Source of the DNA: an uncultured Bacteroides sp.
GTDB taxonomy: Bacteria; Bacillota; Clostridia; Oscillospirales; Acutalibacteraceae
Assembly: GCA_964396885.1 (NCBI GenBank)
Contig: CAYNGP010000001.1
Location: forward strand, 4,766 to 68,765
Direction: 5' to 3'
DNA: 64,000 bases
Below the pieces are notes generated by a model, which saw nothing but the letters and a program-made list of their open reading frames with translations, had not been told where the DNA came from and did no database searches. Made by a program: the position numbers and the translations under genes. Each line of letters begins with the position of its first letter. Within the stretch, counting starts at the first letter, position 1. This document shows, piece after piece, positions 35,361-44,222 of the stretch.

Positions 35361-35867
35361 ATGCAAGAGCTTTGTCAAACTATTCAGGAATTTTTAACCG
35401 CCCATGGTATACCCGATTGGCTGGTTGTATTTCTGATTTCACTGTGCCCTGTTTTAGAGTGCAGACTCGGTATGTTTACCGCAATCGTTTTGCTTGGAAT
35501 GAATCCATTTGTAGGATTTATAATCAGCTTTTTAGGTAACATTCTGCCTATTCCGTTTATACTTCTTTTGATTAACTGGATATTTGAAATCCTGAAAAAA
35601 GTACCCGGTATCAACAAACTCGTCTTTTGGTTAGAAGATAAAACATTAAAAAAACGAGATAAAATTGATAAATACGGTGTATGGGGGCTTTTGCTTTTTG
35701 TTGCAATCCCTCTTCCGGGAACAGGCGGCTGGACAGGTGCATTGCTTGCCTCCCTGCTTCATCTTGACAAGAAAAAAAGCTTTGGTGTAATCAGCATTGG
35801 TGTTTTCATTGCAGGGCTGATTATATCTGTATTAAGTCTGCTGATTGGCAATGCTGTTTTTGGATAA
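35361..35867 (+). CDS. Small multidrug export family (COG2426-like) membrane protein
   Basis: PVLECR and FVAIPLPGTGGWTGAL motifs. Confidence 0.85.
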   Translation: MQELCQTIQEFLTAHGIPDWLVVFLISLCPVLECRLGMFTAIVLLGMNPFVGFIISFLGNILPIPFILLLINWIFEILKKVPGINKLVFWLEDKTLKKRDKIDKYGVWGLLLFVAIPLPGTGGWTGALLASLLHLDKKKSFGVISIGVFIAGLIISVLSLLIGNAVFG

Positions 35868-37030
35868 TGAATAAAGAAGAAAAATTTTTGATTTCACTGT
35901 GTATAAGCTACCTTAATAGCAGCTGCCCTGAAATTGACAGTGAGCTTGACTGGAAAAGCTTTTATACACTGGCAAAGGCACATAATTTAATAGGTATTTG
36001 TCACTGCGTTTTTAATAAAAATAAAGAGCTATCCATACCTAAGAGTGTACGACAGCTTTTTATGGACAAATTTTTTGACCTTATTTATATTTACGAGTGT
36101 CAGTCTGCTGCTCTTAATGATATTAATACTATCCTTACAGAGAACGAGATACGCTATATAACCTTTAAAGGCTCTGTGCTCAGAGCATTATACCCTGTTC
36201 CTGAAAGCCGTGCTATGGGTGATATTGACATTCTTATTAAAGAAGCTGACCGAGATAAGGCAAGGGCAGTTTTGGAGCAGGCCGGCTTTGACTGCTATGC
36301 ACCAAACGGCACAGTGCGTGAATTTAAAAGAAACAATATGATTTTAGAGGTACACACCAAAATCATAAGCGAATTTGGTGACAATGCCTTTGATGACGCA
36401 TTTAATCACGCTGTGTTTGACGGATTTAAAGGTGAACTTAATGATGATTACCATTTCGCATACCTTATTGCACATATTGCTCACCATTTTAAATTTTATG
36501 GTGCAGGGCTTAAGCTGATTTTAGATTTGGCAGTTGTGATGAAAAAAAGAAGCATTAATTTAGATAATGTGCTTTCGATGCTTGATAAAATTAACCTGAG
36601 CACCTTTGCAAAAGAGATTTTGACTGTGTGCTTCAATTGGTTTGGTGTGGGCAAATATTTCGGCAATAACACCGCACAGACCGAGCGTTATTTAATGAAA
36701 TGCGGTGCTTTCGGGGATTTACAGGAAAACAAGGCGGCAATTATTGTTCGCAAGGATATGGAGGAAAACAAAGAGGTTTCATCCTTCAGAACAAAGCTGC
36801 GGCTTGCGTTCCCGCCTTACAGCAAACTGAAAAACATTCCTTATATTAAATTTATTGAGAACAGACCTTGGCTTACCCCCTATGCCTGGATATACAGATT
36901 TTTTTATAACATTAAACACAAAAAACAGTTTTTAAAGGAAACTGTTGAAAACATTGATAAAAATTCAGCGGCTGTTGCTGAGGCTGAGTTGAAATATTTT
37001 GAGGAGATTGGATTAATATGGCATTCCTGA
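35867..37030 (+). CDS. Nucleotidyltransferase family protein (NTP_transf_5-like)
   Basis: FKGSVLRALYPVPESRAMGDIDILI and EVH motifs; GLKLILDL helical domain. Confidence 0.85.
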   Translation: MNKEEKFLISLCISYLNSSCPEIDSELDWKSFYTLAKAHNLIGICHCVFNKNKELSIPKSVRQLFMDKFFDLIYIYECQSAALNDINTILTENEIRYITFKGSVLRALYPVPESRAMGDIDILIKEADRDKARAVLEQAGFDCYAPNGTVREFKRNNMILEVHTKIISEFGDNAFDDAFNHAVFDGFKGELNDDYHFAYLIAHIAHHFKFYGAGLKLILDLAVVMKKRSINLDNVLSMLDKINLSTFAKEILTVCFNWFGVGKYFGNNTAQTERYLMKCGAFGDLQENKAAIIVRKDMEENKEVSSFRTKLRLAFPPYSKLKNIPYIKFIENRPWLTPYAWIYRFFYNIKHKKQFLKETVENIDKNSAAVAEAELKYFEEIGLIWHS

Positions 37031-38760
37031 TTGTTCTTATTGCAATTATAGCAATACTTATTGTGCTTTTTATATCGTGGTTCTTTACAATGAAGGCAAA
37101 CGGCAAATGTCCCCTTTGTGCCATAAAAAAAATCACTATGCCCAGAAAAATCACGATGGACATAAGTGAAGAGCCTGACTATGACAACGGTGTTGCACAA
37201 ACACCGCCTATGGGCTGGTCAAGCTGGAATACCTTCAGAAACCATATTGATGAAAATTTAATTATGGAAACCGCACAGGCTATGGTTGACAGTGGTCTTG
37301 CCGACGCAGGCTATAAATACATAAATCTTGATGACTGCTGGCAAAGCTCTATGCGTGACAGTGACGGAAAGCTGCAGGGCGATTTAGGAACCTTCAGCAG
37401 AGGTATTCCGCAATTGATAAGTGATATTAATGCCCTTGGTCTTAAGGTTGGCTTATACTCCTCAAACGGCATCAATACCTGTGAGGATATGCCTGCTTCC
37501 CTTGGCAAAGAGGATTTAGATGCAAAAACACTCGCATCCTGGGGATGTGAATTTTTCAAATACGATTTCTGCCACAGCAGACCAATCAGCGGTGACTGCC
37601 CTGCCATTGAAAAAATTGAGCTTAATAAAATCAACAGTGACGAGCAGTTTAACTCAAAGCTGGTTCTTAAACCTGAGGATGCTCAGTTTACAGGCAGAGG
37701 ACGCGTGATTAACCTGAGTTCCGTAAACAGCGGCAAGGCAATCGGCTTTATCAACCACGGCGCAGGCTCTGCAAGCTTTGAATTTAATAATCTCCCTCAG
37801 GGTGAATATGTTATGACGATTGTTTTTGCCAAAACATTTTCAAGGCACGAAAGCTATGTGCAGGTAAATGTGAATGGAAAAGTACACGAGGTATTCTTCC
37901 CATATGGCAAAGGCTTCAGTGACACAGGACGTGTTCAGCTTATCATCAATTTAATCGGCGGCACAAACAAAATCACTCTGCAAAACCCTGTTGCCACTGT
38001 TGCGGATTCATCATATATTCAGTACAAAAGAATGGGATACGCTTTAAAAAATGCCACAAAGCTTTGGTCTGAATACACCAAAACACCTGAAAAACCAATC
38101 GTTTTTTCCATCTGTGAATGGGGTACAGCACGCCCTTGGGATTGGGGTAACAAGGCAGGTAATATGTGGCGTACTACCCACGATATTTTTGCTAACTGGA
38201 CCAGCATAATGGCTATTTATAGATTTTCTGTTAAACACTATGCATCAACAAGCGTTGGTCATTGGAACGACCCTGATATGCTTGAGGTTGGCAACGGAAG
38301 GCTCTCTGAGAATGAAAATCGAGCACACTTCTCACTGTGGTGTATGATGGCTTCCCCTCTTATGCTTGGTAATGATATTCGTAAATTTGTGGATGGCAAC
38401 AATCAGGCTGTTGAAGGTAACACAACACTGAAAATTGTTACCAATAAAAGACTCATTGCAATTGACCAGGATCCACTCGGCAAGGCTGCTAAAAGGCTTT
38501 ACGCAATCTCAGGTGTCGATGTTCTGGCAAGACCGCTTGCAAACGGTGATGTGGCACTGTGTCTGTTCAACAAAACAAGCAGCACCAAAAGCATAAAATT
38601 TGATCTCAGCAAGCTGGCTGACGATGATTATTTAGAATTTAAAAAGGCAGGCAGCTATCAGGTTCACGACCTTTGGAGTGATGAACGCAAGGAGGAATTA
38701 GTAATAACACCTACTCTTCCAAAGCATAGCGTTAAGGTTTACAGACTTAAGGCTGAGTAA
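37018..38760 (+). CDS. Membrane-anchored GH27 alpha-galactosidase with inserted CBM35/CBM6-like domain
   Basis: TPPMGWSSWN, NLDDCWQ, FKYDFC, SICEWG, MWRTTHDI and WNDPDMLEVG motifs; N-terminal TM helix. Confidence 0.9.
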   Translation: MAFLIVLIAIIAILIVLFISWFFTMKANGKCPLCAIKKITMPRKITMDISEEPDYDNGVAQTPPMGWSSWNTFRNHIDENLIMETAQAMVDSGLADAGYKYINLDDCWQSSMRDSDGKLQGDLGTFSRGIPQLISDINALGLKVGLYSSNGINTCEDMPASLGKEDLDAKTLASWGCEFFKYDFCHSRPISGDCPAIEKIELNKINSDEQFNSKLVLKPEDAQFTGRGRVINLSSVNSGKAIGFINHGAGSASFEFNNLPQGEYVMTIVFAKTFSRHESYVQVNVNGKVHEVFFPYGKGFSDTGRVQLIINLIGGTNKITLQNPVATVADSSYIQYKRMGYALKNATKLWSEYTKTPEKPIVFSICEWGTARPWDWGNKAGNMWRTTHDIFANWTSIMAIYRFSVKHYASTSVGHWNDPDMLEVGNGRLSENENRAHFSLWCMMASPLMLGNDIRKFVDGNNQAVEGNTTLKIVTNKRLIAIDQDPLGKAAKRLYAISGVDVLARPLANGDVALCLFNKTSSTKSIKFDLSKLADDDYLEFKKAGSYQVHDLWSDERKEELVITPTLPKHSVKVYRLKAE

Positions 38761-38778
38761 ATTTAATATATCTGAAAC

Positions 38779-38815
38779 AAACCCCCGAAGTTTAAATGCT
38801 TTGGGGATTTTCATT
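38779..38815 (+). terminator. Intrinsic terminator
   Basis: CCCCGAAG...CTTTGGGG followed by a T-run. Confidence 0.6.
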
Positions 38816-38926
38816 TTAAAATAAAACAAAATTTTTCTAAAATATGCCAAGCAAATTTGTGCATATAAGCCGTTAAGATGTGCAAAATATTACAGATAAT
38901 TTAACAATATTTGAGGAGTGCATATT

Positions 38927-39463
38927 ATGAAAGCAACAGGAATTGTAAGACGTATTGATGACCTTGGAAGAATTGTTATCCCAAAGGAAATCAGACGTTC
39001 TTTCAGAATAAAAGAGGGCGACCCGCTGGAAATTTTTACAGACGCTGAAGGTGAGGTTATTTTTAAAAAATATTCACCAATCGGTGAACTGTCAAACTTC
39101 GCAAATCAATATGCCGAGGTGCTTCATAAAAACGGCGGACTGCCTGTAGCCATTATGGATAACGACCACGTTATTGCCGCATCAGGTGTCAGCAAAAGGG
39201 AAATACTTGAAAGACGTGTTACCAAAAGCCTTGAGGAGCTTATGGAGAACAGGGCAATTCATATTGCTACCGACACTGTACCGAGTATGAACGCTATTGA
39301 AGGCTTCGGCAGAAATGCAAATGTGGTATACCCTATCATTTACGGCGGTGATGTCAGCGGTGCAGTTGCACTGATTGAGGATGAAGAGAAAAAGCTGCCT
39401 ACCGAAACAGACATTAAGCTTGTACAGGTTGCAGCAGCTTTCCTTGGTAAGCAAATGGAGTAA
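38927..39463 (+). CDS. spoVT: Stage V sporulation protein T (AbrB-family regulator + GAF-like domain)
   Basis: MKATGIVRRIDDLGRIVIPKEIRR...KKYSPIGEL...FLGKQME. Confidence 0.92.
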   Translation: MKATGIVRRIDDLGRIVIPKEIRRSFRIKEGDPLEIFTDAEGEVIFKKYSPIGELSNFANQYAEVLHKNGGLPVAIMDNDHVIAASGVSKREILERRVTKSLEELMENRAIHIATDTVPSMNAIEGFGRNANVVYPIIYGGDVSGAVALIEDEEKKLPTETDIKLVQVAAAFLGKQME

Positions 39464-39618
39464 TATTTTGTAACTGTTGCACAAAAATTCAATTGTTTTT
39501 TTGTGCAAAGTATTACATAGGTAGAAACTTGCACAAAAAACTTGATTTTTTTAAACTTAAGAATATAATGTAGTCAAAGAGAGGGAGATAAAAGAAATCA
39601 CTTGACAGAGGTGAGTCG

Positions 39619-40464
39619 ATGAAAGAGATAAAAAACGAAGCGTTCGGCTACATAAAAGATATGTTCGCTCAGCACAATATGGTAAAACGAATTATTCTCT
39701 CCTTTTTAAGTATTATCATAATGGGTTTCGGTATTTCATTGTTCTCTGTTTCCGGTTTCGGTGTTGACCCTTTCACATCAATGAATATGAATATTGCAAG
39801 CACAATCGGCATCAGCTTTGGTACTTATCAGTTAATCATTAATGCGGTTATACTGCTATTTGTTATCATAGTTGCCCATAGGGGTTTGGTTGGTATCGGC
39901 ACAGTGTTTAATATGGTAGGCTGCGGCTATGCCTGTGAGTTTTTTGAAAAGCTCTTAAAGCCTGCTACAGAAGCAAACAGCTCTTTTGCAATAAGGATCC
40001 CCCTTCTTATTGCCGGAATCATAACCCTGTGCTTTGCATGTTCTTTATTCTTCACAGCCAATATCGGTGTAGGTCCCTACGATGCTCTTGGCTTTATGCT
40101 GAGCAGAGGAACAAAGCTTGACTATAAATGGGTCAGAGTGATAACCGATATTGCTGTAATTCTTATCGGTTTAACAGTAAGCGGCGGAATGGCTGCTCTG
40201 CTTAAAGGTGATATCAGTGGTATCACAAATATAGGTCTTGGTACAGTAATCACCGCATTTTGTATGGGTCCGCTGATTAACTTCTTCAACAAGCACATAT
40301 CAGCAAAAATCTTCAACGTTGATTACGAAAAAATCAGCCGTGAGGTTGCATTCTTTATGCTCAAAGGTGCAATGGTTAAAAATTCTGCACCGAAAAATGC
40401 TGAAATCCCAAAAGCAGGTTTGAACCCTTATTCACCAAATGGGCAAATAAGGCTTGAAATTTAA
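39619..40464 (+). CDS. YczE/YitT family membrane protein
   Basis: Duplicated GVDPF/GVGPYD and GIGT/GLGT motifs; multiple TM helices. Confidence 0.8.
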   Translation: MKEIKNEAFGYIKDMFAQHNMVKRIILSFLSIIIMGFGISLFSVSGFGVDPFTSMNMNIASTIGISFGTYQLIINAVILLFVIIVAHRGLVGIGTVFNMVGCGYACEFFEKLLKPATEANSSFAIRIPLLIAGIITLCFACSLFFTANIGVGPYDALGFMLSRGTKLDYKWVRVITDIAVILIGLTVSGGMAALLKGDISGITNIGLGTVITAFCMGPLINFFNKHISAKIFNVDYEKISREVAFFMLKGAMVKNSAPKNAEIPKAGLNPYSPNGQIRLEI

Positions 40465-40527
40465 AAACCAAGCCTTTTAATATATACCAATTATGCTTAT
40501 GTTTGCATAAATTTTTACCCCTTCAAA

Positions 40528-40566
40528 GAAAAGCACACTGTGTTATACAGTGTGCTTTTCTTTTTT
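40528..40566. terminator. Bidirectional terminator
   Basis: AAAAGCACACTGT/ACAGTGTGCTTTT inverted repeat. Confidence 0.75.
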
Positions 40567-40643
40567 GAATATCATATAATGGGCTGAACCACGCGTGATA
40601 AAAAACAGAACAAAATTTATGCATCTTCCGGCGTCGTTTTATT

Positions 40644-40946
40644 TTATTTCAATATATCAAGTATTTGCTTCTTATCAGCAAGACCAACAAGGTGATTGAC
40701 CATCTGTCCGTTTTTCATTACAACAAGTGTCGGAATACTCTGAATATTATACATTCTTGCCAGCTCAGGCGAGTTGTCAACATTAACCTTGCACACATTA
40801 TAATCTTTGGCGATATCCTCAACGATCGGGCTGAGCATTTGACAGGGCGAACACCAATCGGCAAAGAAATCAACCAATACGGTATCATTTTTGTCTAATA
40901 CCTTTGTTTTAAAATTATTATCATTCGCATGAATAAGCATAATCAT
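40644..40946 (-). CDS. trxA: Thioredoxin
   Basis: VDFFADWCSPC active site and SIPTL motif. Confidence 0.9.
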   Translation of the reverse strand: MIMLIHANDNNFKTKVLDKNDTVLVDFFADWCSPCQMLSPIVEDIAKDYNVCKVNVDNSPELARMYNIQSIPTLVVMKNGQMVNHLVGLADKKQILDILK

Positions 40947-41167
40947 TTCTCCTTAAAATAAAGTTTGCAATGGCAAAAGCCTTCAAAATTTTCGTCTGCT
41001 ATCTGTTCTCTGAATTCTTTGCACATACAGATATTATCATCAACAAGCTCAACCTTGCATGGGCAATATCCGTTTTTTCGTTTTAAACCATCCCTGAGCG
41101 CTTGAACCACCTGTTTGTTATCGTTAAATGTAATTTTCACTTTATCACCAACATTATTATTTGACAA
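40943..41167 (-). CDS. Ferredoxin:thioredoxin reductase catalytic-subunit-like small protein
   Basis: YCPC...ICMC...FCHC triple CxC pattern; start codon uncertain (possibly GTG near 41140). Confidence 0.75.
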   Translation of the reverse strand: MSNNNVGDKVKITFNDNKQVVQALRDGLKRKNGYCPCKVELVDDNICMCKEFREQIADENFEGFCHCKLYFKEK

Positions 41168-41306
41168 TAATAAACTATTATACTATTTATTATTCATATG
41201 TATTGCAGACTATTTATCGAAGTCTGTAAACAATTATTATTTTTATTGCATACTTAATATAAATATGTTAATATGTTCTTGGAAATTTAAGGAGGATATA
41301 TTTGTA

Positions 41307-42467
41307 ATGGAAATTAAAATTTCAGACAGTATAAAATATATAGGTGCAAGTGTATATGACCTTGATTTATTCGAGGGTCAGTATATTGTACCAAATGGTA
41401 TGGCATATAACTCATATGTTATTCTTGACGAAAAAATCGCTATTATGGACACTGCAGATAAAATTGTTAAATCACAGTGGATTGATAACCTCAGCAACGC
41501 ACTTGAGGGCAAAACACCTGATTATCTTGTAATCCAACACCTTGAGCCTGACCATTCAGGCAATATTCAGGCTGTTATTGATATGTACCCTGATATTGAA
41601 ATTATATGCTCAACTGCAGCAAAAAGAATGCTTCCACAGTTTGCTGATGTAAATATGGACAAGGTTATCGCTAAGAATGAGGGTGACACCCTTGAACTCG
41701 GCAGTCACACATTAACCTTTGTTATGGCACCAATGGTGCACTGGCCTGAGGTTATGCTTTCATATGAAAACAGTGAAAAGGTTCTTTTCTCAGCAGACGC
41801 TTTTGGTAAATTCGGTGCAATTGATGCTGACGAAGGATGGTCCTGTGAGGCAAGAAGATATTACTTTAACATTTGCGGAAAATACGGTGACAAGGTACAG
41901 GCTGTTTTAAAGAAGGCTGCTGACCTTGATATTCAAACAATTTGTCCGCTCCATGGTCCTATTCTCACAGACACAATCCCTGAAGTATTACGACTTTATG
42001 ATCTCTGGTCAACCTATCAGCCTGAGAACGAGGGCGTATTCATTGCTTATGCTTCAATCCACGGCAATACTGCTGAGGCTGCTCTTAAAATGAAAGAAAT
42101 TCTTGAAGCTAAGGGCTGTCCAAGAGTTGCAATTGCAGATCTCTCAAGAGATGATATTGCAGAATGTGTTGAGGATGCATTCCGCCACAGCACTCTTTTA
42201 TGTATGGCGGCAAGCTATGATGCAGGTGTGTTTGCACCAATGAGTGACTTCATTCACCATTTACAGAGCAAGGCTTTCCAGAACAGACGCGTAGCATTAG
42301 TGGAAAACGGCTCATGGGCACCTTGTGCTGCAAGGGCTATGAAGGCTGAGTTTGAGAAAATGAAAAACATTGATATTGTTGATAAGGTAGTTACTATTAG
42401 AACTACCGTTAAGGACACTGACATCACTGCTCTTGAGGAGCTTGCTGATATTATTAAATTGAGGTAA
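41307..42467 (+). CDS. fprA: FprA family flavodiiron protein
   Basis: HLEPDH, VHWPE, SADAFG and PLHG motifs plus flavodoxin YASIHGNT. ATG at 41307 after AAGGAGG. Confidence 0.92.
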   Translation: MEIKISDSIKYIGASVYDLDLFEGQYIVPNGMAYNSYVILDEKIAIMDTADKIVKSQWIDNLSNALEGKTPDYLVIQHLEPDHSGNIQAVIDMYPDIEIICSTAAKRMLPQFADVNMDKVIAKNEGDTLELGSHTLTFVMAPMVHWPEVMLSYENSEKVLFSADAFGKFGAIDADEGWSCEARRYYFNICGKYGDKVQAVLKKAADLDIQTICPLHGPILTDTIPEVLRLYDLWSTYQPENEGVFIAYASIHGNTAEAALKMKEILEAKGCPRVAIADLSRDDIAECVEDAFRHSTLLCMAASYDAGVFAPMSDFIHHLQSKAFQNRRVALVENGSWAPCAARAMKAEFEKMKNIDIVDKVVTIRTTVKDTDITALEELADIIKLR

Positions 42468-42470
42468 ATT

Positions 42471-42797
42471 ATGTCTACTGTATATACTAACGGTAACTTT
42501 ATTTCTCTTAACGAAGGCAACACCATTTATTCAATGATGGTTGTCAGCGGAAAGAAAATTGTTTACGTCGGCTACAACACCCCTATTTGCTATGACGATG
42601 CAAAGGTTGTTGATTTAAAGGGCGGTTATGTTGTTCCGCTGATTAACGATATGGTTTATTATGATATAAGCCATGCACATTGCAAGGTTCTGGCTGAGGG
42701 TGAACAGGCAGATTTTATAGTGCTAAATAAAAACATTTTAACAGAAAAAGACCCTATGATTTTAGCAGTATACAAAAAAGGCAAAAAAATAGTTTAA
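42471..42797 (+). CDS. Amidohydrolase beta-sandwich-only protein (catalytic barrel absent)
   Basis: N-terminal YTNGNF...KIVYVG...VVDLKGGYVVP joined almost directly to C-terminal LAEGEQADFIVL...VYKKGKKI. Confidence 0.65.
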   Translation: MSTVYTNGNFISLNEGNTIYSMMVVSGKKIVYVGYNTPICYDDAKVVDLKGGYVVPLINDMVYYDISHAHCKVLAEGEQADFIVLNKNILTEKDPMILAVYKKGKKIV

Positions 42798-42802
42798 CAA
42801 AA

Positions 42803-42840
42803 GCAACAGCCACTCAAAATTGAGTGGCTGTTATTTTTTA
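42803..42840. terminator. Bidirectional terminator
   Basis: AACAGCCACTCA/TGAGTGGCTGTT followed by a T-run. Confidence 0.8.
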
Positions 42841-42875
42841 TTCATTATTAAAATGTAAAAGCTTTCATCTTGTAT

Positions 42876-43544
42876 TCAGTTATTAAAACAAAGAACATCT
42901 CCAAGCAATTTTATTTTTCCATTATGCACAATTAGTGCACCTTTTCCAAGTGATGTAGCATACACAGTCTTGCCACGTTCATTTATTACTTTTTGTATGA
43001 CGGCATTTTGTGTTTCTGTATTCTCATAATGGACTTCCAAATAAAAATTATTTAAATACGGAATACCTTTATAATATGAAAACTCTTTGTATTTCTCATC
43101 AGGTGATAAATGATATTCTGCAAGCTGAATAACTGCTCCTGCACTGTAACCCATAATAATTCCGTTGTGATTTAACAAAGTATCATATAAGTTAAATTCA
43201 TTAATTCTATCCATCATTCTGTCAGGTAATCCGCCAGTAAAATACACGATATCAGCACTTTGAATTTTTTGTTCTGCAATTTCTTTTGTGTCAGAAAAAT
43301 AATTAACAAATGATATATTGCTTTTTGAAATTCCATAAGCAGTAAGCCCTCTTACAATTCCATTGTAATACTTTCCTCTTTTCTTGCCATACAATTTATT
43401 CCAATCCGATAAACACTTAGTTGTGCTGTCCATAAAAGAAAATGCAATAATTGCTACTGAATAATCAGGCTTTATATAGTTTTTTAATTCATTATATAAA
43501 TAAGGTTCACTTATTTCATAACCCTCAAGCAAAATATTAATCAT
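42876..43544 (-). CDS. Peptidase S51 / class I glutamine amidotransferase-like protein
   Basis: ADIVYFTGG, GYSAGA nucleophile motif and EVHY; visibly AT-rich. Confidence 0.8.
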   Translation of the reverse strand: MINILLEGYEISEPYLYNELKNYIKPDYSVAIIAFSFMDSTTKCLSDWNKLYGKKRGKYYNGIVRGLTAYGISKSNISFVNYFSDTKEIAEQKIQSADIVYFTGGLPDRMMDRINEFNLYDTLLNHNGIIMGYSAGAVIQLAEYHLSPDEKYKEFSYYKGIPYLNNFYLEVHYENTETQNAVIQKVINERGKTVYATSLGKGALIVHNGKIKLLGDVLCFNN

Positions 43545-43581
43545 GATATCAAAATTTCATATAAAGTATGTTCTTCTTAAA

Positions 43582-44220
43582 TTAATACCCCAAATTCTCA
43601 TTAACGATAATGACCTTGATTCTGTCCTTATGGCGCTGCTTGGCAGAAACAACATAGTTACAGCAAATTCTCTGCGGACTTTGACAGCCGTCACAGATCA
43701 GCGGATTTTCCTTGTTAAGGCTTATGCACTTGCCTGTAACTGCACAAGGGGTCTGGCAGCTGAGCCTTCTGGTATTCGGCGGTGCTGCAGTTGTTTTAAC
43801 TCGTTGAACAGCCTCATTAATATCAGCTACAATCTTGTTTATTCCAACAACAGCAATAACCTGCCTTGGTCCATAAACAATACACGCAACACGGTTTGAA
43901 TTGCCGTCAACATTATAAAGCTCGCCATTTTCAGTAACCGCATTAACAGAGGTCAAGTAGGTATCACATCCAAAGGCACGGATATAGGACTGCCTGAGCT
44001 CCTCGCCTTCTAATCCTGATCTGTCAATATAGTCATAGTTACCTGTTTTAATCATCTCAATGACGCCGATTTCTTTAAGGGTTTCAGAGCCACCATGTGA
44101 CACGCTTTCACCATCAGCAATCAGTGTTTTAATAAGAGGAACAACCTCCTCCTTTGTTTCAACAAAATACGGCTTCATATTATTCTTTTCAAGATTAGCT
44201 ATAGTCTTTTTAATATCCAT
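43582..44220 (-). CDS. LUD-domain (lactate utilisation) protein
   Basis: GGSETL, NAVTENGELYNVDGNSNRVA...GP, GINKIV and Cys cluster PCAVTGKC...C..PQRICC. Confidence 0.85.
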   Translation of the reverse strand: MDIKKTIANLEKNNMKPYFVETKEEVVPLIKTLIADGESVSHGGSETLKEIGVIEMIKTGNYDYIDRSGLEGEELRQSYIRAFGCDTYLTSVNAVTENGELYNVDGNSNRVACIVYGPRQVIAVVGINKIVADINEAVQRVKTTAAPPNTRRLSCQTPCAVTGKCISLNKENPLICDGCQSPQRICCNYVVSAKQRHKDRIKVIIVNENLGY

Positions 44221-44222
44221 TA

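Noticed and set aside
39476-39510. Inverted repeat TTGCACAAAAA...TTTTTGTGCAA after spoVT as a mobile-element end
   Set aside because: No transposase or target duplication; more simply a terminator or operator, which cannot be distinguished here.
41278-41290. TTGGAAATTTA before fprA as another cassette boundary
   Set aside because: Imperfect match, no partner site at the gene end, and fprA has host-like composition.
41115-41306. 64-aa N-terminal extension of fprA
   Set aside because: Spans the divergent promoter region; AAGGAGG supports ATG 41307.
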